From Polyangiaceae bacterium (GTDB lineage Bacteria > Myxococcota_A > Polyangia > Polyangiales > Polyangiaceae), in NCBI GenBank assembly GCA_965222375.1, contig CBDCTZ010000016.1, positions 32,001 through 96,000 on the forward strand: 64,000 bases of DNA, read 5' to 3'. Below the pieces are notes generated by a model. The model had not been told where the DNA came from. It was given only the letters and a program-made list of their open reading frames with translations, and made no database searches. This document shows positions 9,808 to 20,446 of this stretch, piece by piece (the first letter of the stretch is position 1; every line of letters starts with the position of its first letter). The position numbers and the translations under genes were made by a program.

Positions 9808-10911
9808 GTGGCCCGCGCTCGGTCGAACCACCCGGACTTGCCCCAACCGCCCCTGGAGCGGTCCCGCGGCAACACACGACTGGCGCGCTTTCTGCGCTGG
9901 TTCCGTCCGCCCCGAAAACTCAAACTGACCCGAGAAGGCAAGTACTTCATCGGTATCACTTTCGGCGTTGGCTTCGCAGCCATCAATACGGGCAACAACC
10001 TGCTGTACCTGCTGCTGGGCATGCTGCTGTCGCTGATCGTCGTCTCCGGCGTGATGAGCGAACTCAGTCTTCGCCACCTCACGGTCGTTCGACGCCTGCC
10101 GCCACGAGCCCAAGTCGGGCGACCCCACTTGGTCGAGATCGAGGTCTACAACCACAAGCAGCGCATTCCTTCCTACGCCATCGAGATCGAAGACCTGCGA
10201 GCTGGGCAACCCGCGGACAAACGCTGCTTCTTCCTGAAGATAAGCCCGAGATCTGCCCAAGTGGCGGCCTACCGCCGAACGCCGGCCCGACGCGGTCGCG
10301 ACCACCACGTCGGCTTTCGCGTCGCAACCCGCTTTCCCTTCGGGCTGTTCGAGAAGTCTCGAGAGCTGAGTGCCAAAGGCGACTTGATCATCTATCCGGC
10401 CGTGGACGCCGTCCGACTGCCCCCGGACCAGGCCGGGCGCCGCGCCGGCGGTGAAGGCGCGCTGGGTCGGGGATTTGGCGACGAGCTGCTTGGCGTGCGC
10501 CCGATGCGGGATGGCGACGACCCAAGAGACATCTATTGGCGCAAGAGCACGATGCCGACCCAGCTGGTCCTGCGAGAACGCGCCAAAGAGACCCGCAGGG
10601 ACGTCGAGTACATCATCGACTCGATTCACCCCGGCGACGAGCCGGAAGACCCGTGGTCCGACCGCTTCGAACGGCGGATTCGCGACGTCGCTTCCCGCAG
10701 TGTGGCTCACCTGAAACGGGGAGACGCCGTTTCCGTCCGGACCTCCGCGGGAGAACGTACCCGCGCTAGCAGCGCCGGAGGGGCGGACCCACTGCTGCGC
10801 TTCTTGGCCCTGTTGCAGGCAACCCCGGAACACCGCGCGAAGACCGACCCGAGTATCCGCAGCAAGAAGTCCTCCAAGCCATCAGAAACGGAACTGAGGA
10901 AGGCTTCGTGA
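9808..10911 (+). CDS. DUF58-domain protein
   Basis: AAINTGNNLLY TM region, TRFPFGLF, RPMRDGDDPRDIYWRKS. Confidence 0.9.
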   Translation: MARARSNHPDLPQPPLERSRGNTRLARFLRWFRPPRKLKLTREGKYFIGITFGVGFAAINTGNNLLYLLLGMLLSLIVVSGVMSELSLRHLTVVRRLPPRAQVGRPHLVEIEVYNHKQRIPSYAIEIEDLRAGQPADKRCFFLKISPRSAQVAAYRRTPARRGRDHHVGFRVATRFPFGLFEKSRELSAKGDLIIYPAVDAVRLPPDQAGRRAGGEGALGRGFGDELLGVRPMRDGDDPRDIYWRKSTMPTQLVLRERAKETRRDVEYIIDSIHPGDEPEDPWSDRFERRIRDVASRSVAHLKRGDAVSVRTSAGERTRASSAGGADPLLRFLALLQATPEHRAKTDPSIRSKKSSKPSETELRKAS

Positions 10912-13061
10912 GGTTCGGGGTCATTCATCGGATCATGACCGACGCCCTGGCGGCGTTGGGCCTGCTTGCACTGATCACGAGTGGCGAGCTGAATCGTTGG
11001 GTCAGCACGGCAATCGTCGTGGGCATGGTGGTAGCGCTGGGCATTCCCGAGCGCTATCAAGACCGCGACTGGATGCGCCGAGTCGGGTTCTCGGCGCCGC
11101 TGGTGCTTCTCGCGCTCCAGACCACGCGCCTGTTCTTGGGTGGGTCCGTGCTGGGGATTGCCGTGGAGTTCGCCGCGGCGCTGCAGGTGGTGCGGCTGGC
11201 AACGCGCAGGGGGGCTGCCCACGACCAACAGGTCATCGTCCTGGCTCTGCTCCATCTGATCGCCGGCACGGTACTGGGAGGCGGCCTGGCCTACGGCCTA
11301 TGCTTCTTAGGATTCCTGGTCGTGGCGCCGGGCGCCTTGGTCCTCAGCCACCTTCGGCGAGAGGTCGAAGGCAACTACCGCCAGGGCGCGCGGGATCGAA
11401 CCGGCTTGCCCGTGGACGTGCCCCGTATCCTCCGCAGTCGGCGGGTGATCGGAAAGAACTTCCTGGTCTTCACCTGCCTGCTGTCCATCCCGATCTTCCT
11501 CTTCACGGCACTGTTGTTTGTGCTCTTCCCCCGGGTCGGGCTGAGCCTTTTGTTGCTCAACCACTCACGCCCCGAGCGCATGATTGGTTTCTCGGACCGC
11601 GTGGACCTGGGCGGCGTCGGCAAGCTCCGCAGCGATCCCACCATCGCCATGCGGGTCGACATTCCCGACCTGCCCGCCGACCCGCCACCGCGCCTAGCTC
11701 TCTATCTCCGGGGCACGGCCTTCGACCAATATGACGGGCGCGCGTGGTCGCGGTCCAAGAAGCTGCGCGTCGCCGCGGACGCCCACGGGCCCAATGTGCG
11801 CATCAAGCGCTTCCCAAACCCAGCGTCGGACCGGAAGATCATCATCGACCTGGAGCCCATCGAGCCCCCGGTCCTGTTCCTGCCACCGGACGCGGTAGCT
11901 CTGCGAGTGATGCCCCGGGGAACGCCCCTGCTGGGCGGCGGCCCCACCGTGTTGAAAGGACCGGAGGACGAGCTCAAGTACTCCAGCCTGGATGATCGCG
12001 GCCTACGCTACGAGGTGTACCTGGCTGGCAAGGACGAGCCCCGGCCCCGCAAGCTCTCGCGGAAGGATCGCGAGCGCTATCTCCGGCTACCCGCCGACGT
12101 GACTCCACGGATCCGGGAGCTGGCCCGCAGCTGGGCCAAGGGCGCCAAGACCGACTTCGCCACCGCCAAGCGCGTAGAGGCGCGCTTGCGTACGGACTAC
12201 AAATACGATCTCGAGTCGCCGTCAGGAGCGTCGTCCAACCCCCTCGACCACTTCCTTTTCGAGAGCAAGAGCGGTCATTGCGAGTTCTACAGCACTGCCA
12301 TGGCCGTGATGCTTCGGGTGGAGGGGATCCCGAGTCGCAACGTAACGGGCTTCATCGGCGGGACCTACAACCGATTCGGCAACTTCTACGCAGTACGTCA
12401 GGGCGACGCCCACTCCTGGGTGGAGGTGTACATCGAGAACAAGGGCTGGACGCGCTTCGACCCGACGCCTCCCTCGGACGCGGCGCCGCGGAGCGAGATC
12501 TCTGGAGTCTTGGCGTTCATTCGGGACCTCGTCGAAGCATCGGCGCAACGCTGGAACCGCCACATCGTCGGCTACGACTTCAAGCAGCAGGTCTCGCTCT
12601 TCCGCAACGTGCGCAACCGCTATTCCACCCTCCGTTCGCGGAGCGAGGTCCTCAGCGCCTTGTCACCTCAGCGGGTTGGGTTCCTCTTTCTCGGCCTCGT
12701 GCTGGTCGCTGGTGGCGTGTACTGGATGCGCCGCGGTCGGAAGAAGGATGACGGCGAGGAAGCCAAGACTGAGCAAAAGGAGCGGGACGCCAGACGCGCG
12801 GTGGAGCTTTACCGCGCGCTCGAGGCCGTCCTGCTACAGATCGGCGTGCCTCGGCCAACCAGCACTCCGCCGTGGGCTCACGCAAGAGCACTTCAGCAGA
12901 TCGGTCACCCCGGTGCCGATACCATCGTCGAGTTGACGAAGCTGTACGTCGCCGCCCGCTTTGGGGGCGAGGCGTTGACCGATGAGCAGCGCAAGAAGTT
13001 TGTGGAAGACACCCGCGAACTCAAGCGGATCCGCAAGCCACCGGAACGAGAAGCCGCTTAG
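10908..13061 (+). CDS. TgpA-like membrane transglutaminase-domain protein
   Basis: Multi-TM N-terminus, YLRGTAFDQYDG, GHCEFYS, DAHSWVEVY, FDPTP triad. Confidence 0.92.
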   Translation: MRFGVIHRIMTDALAALGLLALITSGELNRWVSTAIVVGMVVALGIPERYQDRDWMRRVGFSAPLVLLALQTTRLFLGGSVLGIAVEFAAALQVVRLATRRGAAHDQQVIVLALLHLIAGTVLGGGLAYGLCFLGFLVVAPGALVLSHLRREVEGNYRQGARDRTGLPVDVPRILRSRRVIGKNFLVFTCLLSIPIFLFTALLFVLFPRVGLSLLLLNHSRPERMIGFSDRVDLGGVGKLRSDPTIAMRVDIPDLPADPPPRLALYLRGTAFDQYDGRAWSRSKKLRVAADAHGPNVRIKRFPNPASDRKIIIDLEPIEPPVLFLPPDAVALRVMPRGTPLLGGGPTVLKGPEDELKYSSLDDRGLRYEVYLAGKDEPRPRKLSRKDRERYLRLPADVTPRIRELARSWAKGAKTDFATAKRVEARLRTDYKYDLESPSGASSNPLDHFLFESKSGHCEFYSTAMAVMLRVEGIPSRNVTGFIGGTYNRFGNFYAVRQGDAHSWVEVYIENKGWTRFDPTPPSDAAPRSEISGVLAFIRDLVEASAQRWNRHIVGYDFKQQVSLFRNVRNRYSTLRSRSEVLSALSPQRVGFLFLGLVLVAGGVYWMRRGRKKDDGEEAKTEQKERDARRAVELYRALEAVLLQIGVPRPTSTPPWAHARALQQIGHPGADTIVELTKLYVAARFGGEALTDEQRKKFVEDTRELKRIRKPPEREAA

Positions 13062-13504
13062 CTGGAACGCCGAAGGACGACCCGTGGCGCGTCGTCCTTC
13101 GCGGATGCCCAACCCACCGCGGCACCTTGACCAGGACGAGCAGTGCGTGCATCGAACTCCAAATTCGGTGCTCCCGGCTCGACCCAAGCAACGATGTCGC
13201 CAGCGTCCGCAGTCGTGTCGTCCGCGAGCTGCACGAGCCGCACCGGAACCCCCTTCCGCAGCTCTTCGGCGGTGACCGAACGCTGGTAGGAGCCCAGGGG
13301 CCGCGCGCCGTGACCCAGTGCCCCGCCCTCCACGCTGCCCTCGGGGTAGGAGTGAACGATCAGGCGGAACTCACCGTCGACGTCATCGGGCACGTCGTCG
13401 GATGCGACTTCAGCCTGCAAAACCAGCGCGCCCAAACCCAGCGACGTTGCCGCCACCAGATTGAGCCAACCGGCTCGGTGCTTTGGGCTGTGACCGCTGG
13501 TCAT
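13058..13504 (-). CDS. Hypothetical exported protein
   Basis: Hydrophobic N-terminus; 148-aa ORF fills the gap. Confidence 0.6.
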   Translation of the reverse strand: MTSGHSPKHRAGWLNLVAATSLGLGALVLQAEVASDDVPDDVDGEFRLIVHSYPEGSVEGGALGHGARPLGSYQRSVTAEELRKGVPVRLVQLADDTTADAGDIVAWVEPGAPNLEFDARTARPGQGAAVGWASAKDDAPRVVLRRSS

Positions 13505-13581
13505 GCTTCTCGGGTAAGCACGCCTCGTGCCACAGCAATGGTTCCGGACGATTTGCCCGTTTTTCCGGGCTTCCGGATCAG

Positions 13582-13590
13582 TTATCCACA
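13582..13590 (+). promoter_or_regulatory. Perfect DnaA box, single and intergenic
   Basis: TTATCCACA. Confidence 0.35.
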
Positions 13591-13642
13591 GGGACTCGGC
13601 GTCAGAGGCGTGGCGATTTCGACGCGCGCCATGGCACTCGTG

Positions 13643-15034
13643 TCAACGTTTCGACGCGATCGCGGTGGCCCAGGCCAGCGCGCCGGCACAGCGGGCCTCC
13701 GACTTGGGACCCTCGGGGCCACGGCGAAATGGGCCTGCCGTCAGCACCAGATCTCGGCCCTTGCGCACCAGAGCGTAGGGGCCAGCATCGGCTCGCTCCC
13801 GACACAGCTTGTTGTTGCGCAGCGCCTTTTCGGCCTCCGCCCGGGGCACAAATTGCTGCTTGCCCTTCTTCGCGGCCAACACCCCGCGAGCGAAGGCTGT
13901 GCCGGCCCGCTTCGCTCCCGCCAAATCGTCGTAGCGGAGGTGCCAGGCCATGGCGACGTGGCCGCCCTTGCCGTACACGACCACGCGATCCCCGCCCCAG
14001 CCCGCAGCCGAGGCGATGGCGGTCTTCTGAGGCATCCATTCCTCGAAGAGCAACCGCACGGTCTGCTCGCCCATGATGTCGCGGTACAGCACCGCAGTGG
14101 GTCCGCCAGGAAACGCCTCAGGGATCCCAACCGGGTCCCCGGGTTCGTTGGCAGCGTATTTCTCCGGATGCAGAACTTGCTCGGTCGTACTCGGAGGCCG
14201 CGCCCAGATGGCATCGACCGCTGACCAACCTCCGCGACGCCGGGCCCAGTGAATCAGCCCGAGCCCGTCGACGTATGGAGCCACGACGGATCGCTTGACG
14301 AAGGTCGGCACCCCGCTGGTGGACGGCGACATCTCCATGCTGCCCTGAACCTCGAGGGCGATTAGATCATCGCTGATGTCGATGGCCGTCATGCCTCGGG
14401 GAGCCAGCATGTAGTCGAGCATGGCGCTGGTCGCGTCGCCCTCCGCGAGGGCATGAAAAGCGGAGATCTTGTCGCCCTTATCCTCGGCGAACTTGACCTT
14501 GGAGCCCAGGTCCCAGTGCTGATCCTGCAGCGCGTGCACGAGCTCGTGGGCGAGGGTGGCCTCACGCTCGGCGCCAACCAGGTCCTCGAGCAAGTACATG
14601 GTCTTGTCCCGCGGCTCGTAGAAGCCAGCCAGCTGGGACTTCAGTAGCGACAGCAGCGCCTTTTCGAAATCGAAATCCGCCGGGGCAACGCCGAGGCCGA
14701 ACAGCAATTCGTTCTGCGCCACCACCACGCGCTTGGGAATTTCCCGGTGGATCTGAGCCTTCACGTGCTTGAGCATTTTCGCGCGCGAGATCGTCTTACC
14801 CCGCACCGCTCCTTTGGCGGGGAGCTGACGGCGGCGGGAGACGTGCGCCAAGGCCGCCTTCACGACCGAGTCGGCGGTGAGGGAGTTGTCTTGCTTGTTG
14901 GGCGCTTCGGGCAATGCAGCCGGAGCAGCGGACGCAGGCGGCGCGACGTCCGGCGACGTCGGCGCGGGAGGTGGCGCCGAGGTGCAGCTGGCAGCGAATA
15001 GCCACAGCGCAAAGGCACAGGCCCGAGACTTCAC
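13643..15034 (-). CDS. Lipoprotein with HExxH zinc-metallopeptidase-like motif
   Basis: FAASC lipobox; [35 protein letters not shown]. Confidence 0.8.
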   Translation of the reverse strand: MKSRACAFALWLFAASCTSAPPPAPTSPDVAPPASAAPAALPEAPNKQDNSLTADSVVKAALAHVSRRRQLPAKGAVRGKTISRAKMLKHVKAQIHREIPKRVVVAQNELLFGLGVAPADFDFEKALLSLLKSQLAGFYEPRDKTMYLLEDLVGAEREATLAHELVHALQDQHWDLGSKVKFAEDKGDKISAFHALAEGDATSAMLDYMLAPRGMTAIDISDDLIALEVQGSMEMSPSTSGVPTFVKRSVVAPYVDGLGLIHWARRRGGWSAVDAIWARPPSTTEQVLHPEKYAANEPGDPVGIPEAFPGGPTAVLYRDIMGEQTVRLLFEEWMPQKTAIASAAGWGGDRVVVYGKGGHVAMAWHLRYDDLAGAKRAGTAFARGVLAAKKGKQQFVPRAEAEKALRNNKLCRERADAGPYALVRKGRDLVLTAGPFRRGPEGPKSEARCAGALAWATAIASKR

Positions 15035-15699
15035 GCTAGCTCCGCAACTGAGGTGCGTATGTTGGAGATCGCCGCAGCTCGGTTCTTCGCTCCGAAGACT
15101 GCCGAACCCGCTACCAACACATCCGCACCCGCACCCACCACGGCGGCTGCCGTGTCCGGGGACACCCCACCGTCCACCTCGATTCGGACATCCAGACCCA
15201 GAGCGTCCACGCGCTCTCGCAGGGCACGGATCTTCGGCAGGGCGGCGGGGAGAAAGCTCTGCCCGCCGAAGCCCGGGTTCACGCTCATCACCAGAACCAG
15301 GTCCACGTCCGCAAGTACGTATTCGATGCTGCTCTCGTGAGTGTGCGGGTTCAACACGACGCCAGCCTTTTTCCCGAGGCCACGAATCACAGCAAGGGTG
15401 CGCTGCAAGTGTGTGCTGGCCTCGACGTGCACGCTAATGACATCTGCCCCGGCTTCGGCAAAGGCCTCCACATAGCGCTCGGGTTCCACGATCATCAAAT
15501 GAACGTCCAGAGGCAGCTTGGTCGCCTTCCGCGCCGCCTCGACGACAATTGGGCCCAACGTGATGTTCGGCACGAACCGGCCATCCATCACATCGACGTG
15601 GATCCAATCGGCTCCGCCTTTGTCTACCTCGGCCACCTCCTGTGCCAAGCGACCGAGATCTGCACTGAGGATGGAAGGAGCGATCTTCACCGCATTCAT
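15031..15699 (-). CDS. rpe: Ribulose-phosphate 3-epimerase
   Basis: [43 protein letters not shown]. Confidence 0.97.
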   Translation of the reverse strand: MNAVKIAPSILSADLGRLAQEVAEVDKGGADWIHVDVMDGRFVPNITLGPIVVEAARKATKLPLDVHLMIVEPERYVEAFAEAGADVISVHVEASTHLQRTLAVIRGLGKKAGVVLNPHTHESSIEYVLADVDLVLVMSVNPGFGGQSFLPAALPKIRALRERVDALGLDVRIEVDGGVSPDTAAAVVGAGADVLVAGSAVFGAKNRAAAISNIRTSVAELA

Positions 15700-15826
15700 C
15701 ACTAGTGCAGATACACGAGGGCTCGGCCGAGTGCCACTGCCCAGCGGGAACAAAGCTCGCAGAAGAACGCGCTTCCTCTTGCCCTCGAACCGCCGGACCG
15801 GGCTATGCTGAGGCTTGCCCCGGCCA

Positions 15827-16267
15827 ATGCTCACCCGCCCCCTTGGAAAACAGGACTACGACCACATCGTTCAGGTGATCGATAGATGGTGGGGCGGACC
15901 AACGAGCGCACTGGCCCACCCGATCTTTTTCTACGAGCTCGGAAACCTGAGCCGGGTCGTGGAGCATGACGGCGTCCTGGTGGGCTTCCTTTTTGGGTTC
16001 ATCACCCCGGGCCCGCCCAAGACCGGATACGTACACCTCGTCGGGATCCACCCAGACTACCGGCGCCGCGGGGTTGGCAAGGTGATGTATCAGAGCTTCG
16101 AAGAGGACTGCCGTGCGGCGCAATGCGCGCGCCTCAAAGCGATCACCACCACCGGCAACGAGGGGTCCATCGCCTTTCACAGGGCCACGGGCTGGACCGT
16201 GTCGACCGTGGACGACTATGCGGGCCCCGCGCGGCCCCGGATCGTGTTTCACAAAACCCTAGAGTGA
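15827..16267 (+). CDS. GNAT-family N-acetyltransferase
   Basis: [25 protein letters not shown]. Confidence 0.88.
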   Translation: MLTRPLGKQDYDHIVQVIDRWWGGPTSALAHPIFFYELGNLSRVVEHDGVLVGFLFGFITPGPPKTGYVHLVGIHPDYRRRGVGKVMYQSFEEDCRAAQCARLKAITTTGNEGSIAFHRATGWTVSTVDDYAGPARPRIVFHKTLE

Positions 16268-16390
16268 GCGAAACCCGCCTTCCGTCCGCGCTGCGAGGAA
16301 CGTTGGAACGCCAAATGGTAGCTCGGGATTTGATCCCGGTTGCACCGGGCGATAAGGTTGCAAGTGCAAGGTGCGGTCTGGAGGCCCGCC

Positions 16391-17233
16391 ATGAAGATCA
16401 CTTTCTTTCTGTTTTCACTCGTGTTCCTCGGTTGTGCCAAGGGCGAGCCCGTCCCCGGAGGGGGGGGCACAGCTGGCTTTGACGCCGGTTCGGATACCGG
16501 AGGTTCTGGCGGCTCGGACGCGGCTAGCGGAGGCACTGGAGGTATCGGCGCCACGGGCGGCTCCGACGCGGCCACGGGCGGCTCCGGGGGCAGCGGTGCT
16601 GGGCCCTGCACGCCGCCGGTGAGTGGCACTTGCGACACCTTTCCCCAATGCGGCTGCAACCCGGGGGAGCGCTGCGACGTCGTCAACACCACCGGCGAGA
16701 CGGGCTGTGTAGGAGACGGCACGGTGGAACCCTTCAAGGCATGCGCTGCGGGAACGCCGTGCAAAGCCGGAAGCGCTTGCGTGGGTAACGTCTGCAAGCC
16801 GTTCTGCAGCGTCAAGACCGACTGCAGCGGCGGCAATTGCATTCAGGTGCTGAGTGACCCCGGCGGACAGGGTACGCCAATCCCTGGCTTCATGGTGTGC
16901 ACCGCCGCCTGTTCCCTCGTGAACCCAGTGGCGATCTGCGGCACCCAGGCGGGTTGCTACCCGGACACCGAAACACCGACCGGGACCGACTGCGGCTCCG
17001 CAGGGGTTGGTACCGGCCCGGGCACCTGCACGGGCACGGGCGGTCAAGCCAATCCGACTTCCTGCGCGCCCGGCTTCGCGTGCGTCGCTGGCGCTCAGGC
17101 GGGCGCCTGGGATTGTCGCAAGTGGTGCCGAATCGGCTTCAGCACCGACTGCCCCGGCGGGGCGAGTTGTAGTGCTTTCGCGCCACCGAACTCGCTTTTC
17201 ATCGACGGAATCGAGCACGGGGTCTGCCCGTGA
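16391..17233 (+). CDS. Gly-rich / Cys-rich lipoprotein
   Basis: VFLGC lipobox, GGSGG linker, many C-x(n)-C modules. Confidence 0.8.
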   Translation: MKITFFLFSLVFLGCAKGEPVPGGGGTAGFDAGSDTGGSGGSDAASGGTGGIGATGGSDAATGGSGGSGAGPCTPPVSGTCDTFPQCGCNPGERCDVVNTTGETGCVGDGTVEPFKACAAGTPCKAGSACVGNVCKPFCSVKTDCSGGNCIQVLSDPGGQGTPIPGFMVCTAACSLVNPVAICGTQAGCYPDTETPTGTDCGSAGVGTGPGTCTGTGGQANPTSCAPGFACVAGAQAGAWDCRKWCRIGFSTDCPGGASCSAFAPPNSLFIDGIEHGVCP

Positions 17234-17739
17234 CCTCCCTACCGGCAACCGTGGAGCCGAGTGAGCTCCGCGCTATCGGGCTGTTTGGCGCCCTCAGTGA
17301 CGAAATCCTCGCCCACCTGTCAGCGACGCTGAAGGTCGACACGCCGGACGCCGGCTTCACGGTATTTCGCGAGGGGGAAAGCGCTCGCAACATGTACGTG
17401 CTGATCAACGGCGAAATGGAAGTGCTGAAGAAGAGCCAGGGCGGCATCGATGCCCGGGTTGCGCTTCTGGGTCCCGGGGACTGGTTCGGAGAAATGAGCA
17501 TTCTTGATGTGCAGCCGCGCTCCGCGACGATTCGAGCCCTCGCACCGTCCCGGCTGCTGTGCATTACGTCGGCGGATCTCGATGCTCTCTATCGTTACGA
17601 CTTGAAGTCCTACGCGATCATCGTGCTGAACCTGGCCCGCGAACTCAGCCGTAGATTGCGAGTCGCCGACGGAATTCTGGCCGACTTCATCGCCAACGTG
17701 CTGGATAGCTACGTGGCGCGTCGCCGCACGACTCCCTGA
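17230..17739 (+). CDS. Cyclic-nucleotide-binding domain protein
   Basis: VFREGESARNMYVLINGEM, GPGDWFGEMS, PRSATIRA. Confidence 0.9.
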   Translation: MTSLPATVEPSELRAIGLFGALSDEILAHLSATLKVDTPDAGFTVFREGESARNMYVLINGEMEVLKKSQGGIDARVALLGPGDWFGEMSILDVQPRSATIRALAPSRLLCITSADLDALYRYDLKSYAIIVLNLARELSRRLRVADGILADFIANVLDSYVARRRTTP

Positions 17740-17742
17740 GCT

Positions 17743-18114
17743 TCAATCGCTTCCGACCAGGGCGTCGCTTTCGGCGTCGCCGGCGTCTGGATCGCCGCCG
17801 TCACCACCATCTGTCTCGGCGTCGCCAGCGTCGTCATCCGCGTCGCTATCAGATCCGCCATCGAGGTGGGGCGGCACCCCACCCGCGCCTGCTGCGCCTG
17901 CGGAGCCGCCAGTGCCGCCAGTGCCGCCGAAGCCGCCGCTGCCCGAAGCGTCTAGACCCAGACCGGCTCCAGAGCCGCCCGTGGCAGCGCCGGCGATACC
18001 ACCACCTCCACCCGAATTGTCAGAGGGAACCTCGGGCTGAGGATTGAGAACGCACGAACCCAACAACACAAACGCAACGGCGACTGCTGCCACTAAACTC
18101 TTTCGCCGTTTCAC
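17743..18114 (-). CDS. Small Gly/Asp-rich lipoprotein, paralog B
   Basis: LLGSC lipobox then VLNPQPEVPS; GGAGG RBS. Confidence 0.7.
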   Translation of the reverse strand: MKRRKSLVAAVAVAFVLLGSCVLNPQPEVPSDNSGGGGGIAGAATGGSGAGLGLDASGSGGFGGTGGTGGSAGAAGAGGVPPHLDGGSDSDADDDAGDAETDGGDGGDPDAGDAESDALVGSD

Positions 18115-18223
18115 TTCGCCCCCTCCGCAGACTCGGGTCCGCTAGCAGCGCAATTTACCCAGACCATCAGGGCATTACCGCCCTGGCACAGCGTGGCACA
18201 AGCGCCCGATCTCAGCGTCCTGC

Positions 18224-18598
18224 TCAATCCGTACTCGCTTCCAATGGGTTTCCGTCGAGTTCGGCGTCTTCCCCCGCGTCCTGCCCGGCTTCGATGTCGG
18301 CGTCCCCCGCTTCGCCTGCCTCGGCGTCACCGCCATCATCTGGCACGGCACCATCCTGGAAGGTCGTGCCACCCGAACCGATGCTCCCCGCCGCACCACC
18401 AAAGCCCGCACCGCCGGAAAAACCACCCGATCCCTGGGCGCCAGAACCGCCGAAAGCACCGGAGCCACCAGCCGCGGTGCCACCAAAGCCGGCGCCACCA
18501 CCCGTATCTCCACTGGGGACTTCGGGCTGCGGATTGAGGTCGCAGGCCGCCGCGGCCAGCGTGATCCCAAGCACCACCCATGCAAGTCGTCGCAACAC
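18224..18598 (-). CDS. Small Gly/Asp-rich lipoprotein, paralog A (start uncertain, up to 18631)
   Basis: LAAAAC then DLNPQPEVPS. Confidence 0.7.
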   Translation of the reverse strand: MLRRLAWVVLGITLAAAACDLNPQPEVPSGDTGGGAGFGGTAAGGSGAFGGSGAQGSGGFSGGAGFGGAAGSIGSGGTTFQDGAVPDDGGDAEAGEAGDADIEAGQDAGEDAELDGNPLEASTD

Positions 18599-18654
18599 GA
18601 TGGAACTTCTTATAAGCAAGGACCTTACCAAACTATTCGAAGGTTAGAATATCG

Positions 18655-19488
18655 TCAGCTCCTCGAGCCCGGCTTGGCACGTCGGGCTGCAGCAAGAAGC
18701 TCAACGGCCCCGGAAATATCGGGTGGCTGCCGACTCAACCCCTCGGCCAAGCGTCCAAACTGCCCACCCAGAACTGCAGCATGCTCCGCGATGAAGTCGG
18801 CGTTGCTGGTGAACACATCTGCCCACATGTCCGCTCCGCCCCCGGCACCACGAGTCATACGCTCGAAGGCGGGCCCGGCGAATTGCGCGGCGTTCGTATC
18901 CCCGGCGCTGCGAACCATGGCGCTCGCCAAGAGCTGGGGCAGATGGCTGACAAGGGCTACTGCGCGGTCGTGTTCCTCCGCGGAGGTCTCGCGCGGTTCC
19001 GCACCGAGCCCCTCGATCAGCTCTCGGACCTTCGCGACGGACTCGGACGCCGCGCCATCGGGACAGATGAACCAAAGGGCACCCGTGAACAGATCCGCGC
19101 GGGCGTTTTCGATGCCACCCCGGGGCGCACCGGTCATGGGATGACCGGGAACGAAGTTGCGAGCGTTGGCGTGGCTAGCGGCCGCAGCGGCGATACGGCG
19201 CTTGGTGGAGCCAACGTCGGTGACGACTCTGCCAACGCCCAGAGTTGGCCCCGCCATCCGAATGATCGCGCCAACGGGTACCGCAAGAACGATGAGGTCG
19301 CACTCAGGCAGTCCTCCTAGAGGATCTCGTTGTTCAGACATAGACACGAAGGTGTCGAGCAAGCCGTCAGGCCTAGGGCCCGCGCTGGCATCCGCGCCGA
19401 GAATCTCGCACCCGGGCCAGCGGTGTCGAACGCCCAGGGCGATGGACCCGCCGATCAGGCCAAGACCGACGATCCCAATGCGTTTCAT
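18655..19488 (-). CDS. tyrA: Prephenate/arogenate dehydrogenase
   Basis: IVGLGLIGGS, DVGSTK, FVPGHPMTG, EHDRAVALVSHLPQ. Confidence 0.92.
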   Translation of the reverse strand: MKRIGIVGLGLIGGSIALGVRHRWPGCEILGADASAGPRPDGLLDTFVSMSEQRDPLGGLPECDLIVLAVPVGAIIRMAGPTLGVGRVVTDVGSTKRRIAAAAASHANARNFVPGHPMTGAPRGGIENARADLFTGALWFICPDGAASESVAKVRELIEGLGAEPRETSAEEHDRAVALVSHLPQLLASAMVRSAGDTNAAQFAGPAFERMTRGAGGGADMWADVFTSNADFIAEHAAVLGGQFGRLAEGLSRQPPDISGAVELLAAARRAKPGSRS

Positions 19489-20357
19489 CGACGCACAGCG
19501 GCGCCGATGGCCCGAACGCGCTCGGCGACTTCGACGACTTCGTTCCAACTCAAAGTCGCTGGGACCTTGGGAATCGCGCCCTCCCGGCCAACCCAGGCAC
19601 GAAGAATCACGCCGTCCGCCCCAGCTCCAACGGCCGCGCAGGCCACGGCGGCGCAGTAGCGCGCGCGCTGAGCAATGGTCGGTACGTCGACGACGATGGG
19701 AAGGTGCGTGCGGATCTTCGCTCGCGCGATGGCAGCGACTTCCAACGTGCGCGCTCCATTCGGATACTCGCCGCCGGCTTCGAGCAGAACGACGCTGCGC
19801 TCCCGCCGTTCCAACTCGCGCTCCGCCGCGCCGATCCACGAATTCGCGCCCCAGCTTGGAGCGCGCTCCACGAAAGCGATGGGCTTCTCCCGCTCCCGCG
19901 CGTTGGGGTGTAGCTGCAAGCAGGTCAGGGCGCCCACGCTCTCGGGCCCCGTTCGGTTGCGCGAGATTGCCGCGTCAAAGGGTCGGCCCGCGGCCACTTC
20001 GTAGGGCAGCTCCGCGCTGGGCGGGCCATTGTCCGAACTCGTCGACAGACCAATGGGTTCCAGAGCCACCCAGGGGCGCTCGCCTCCGATGCTGCCCCAG
20101 GAGCCCTCCACCACCGTGGAGGCTTGCCGAAAGCGGCGCGAGGAGAGCTTGTAAGGTTCGCTGACGCGCACCACCTCGGCGACGAAATCCAGCTCGCGCA
20201 CGACCGCAACATCAGCAGGCGTGACGTCGCCCACGACGCCCAGAAGCGTTCGCGTCTGCCCGCTGGAACGATGCACATCGAATCCGGTATCGACCAGATG
20301 GGCGATAACCGCTTCGACCGCCGAATCCGGGGCTTCCGTTTCCATTACTACGACCAT
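19485..20357 (-). CDS. DAHP synthase (type I-beta) homologue with regulatory N-domain and degenerate active site
   Basis: MVVVME..DVHRSSGQTRTLLGVVGD..VRVSEPYKLSSR N-domain; THLPIVVD and AVGAGADG barrel segments; ATGA-coupled to tyrA. Confidence 0.8.
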   Translation of the reverse strand: MVVVMETEAPDSAVEAVIAHLVDTGFDVHRSSGQTRTLLGVVGDVTPADVAVVRELDFVAEVVRVSEPYKLSSRRFRQASTVVEGSWGSIGGERPWVALEPIGLSTSSDNGPPSAELPYEVAAGRPFDAAISRNRTGPESVGALTCLQLHPNAREREKPIAFVERAPSWGANSWIGAAERELERRERSVVLLEAGGEYPNGARTLEVAAIARAKIRTHLPIVVDVPTIAQRARYCAAVACAAVGAGADGVILRAWVGREGAIPKVPATLSWNEVVEVAERVRAIGAAVRR

Positions 20358-20446
20358 GGCCCCAGTCAGCGTATCAGAACGGGTGCGTCGCGGAGCGCGG
20401 AAAGGTAAGGTCCAGTTCCCGAACCTGAAGAGGTGCACAGGGCGGC

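Noticed and set aside
8828..13061. MoxR-DUF58-transglutaminase operon as a novel system
   Set aside because: Well-described conserved gene trio
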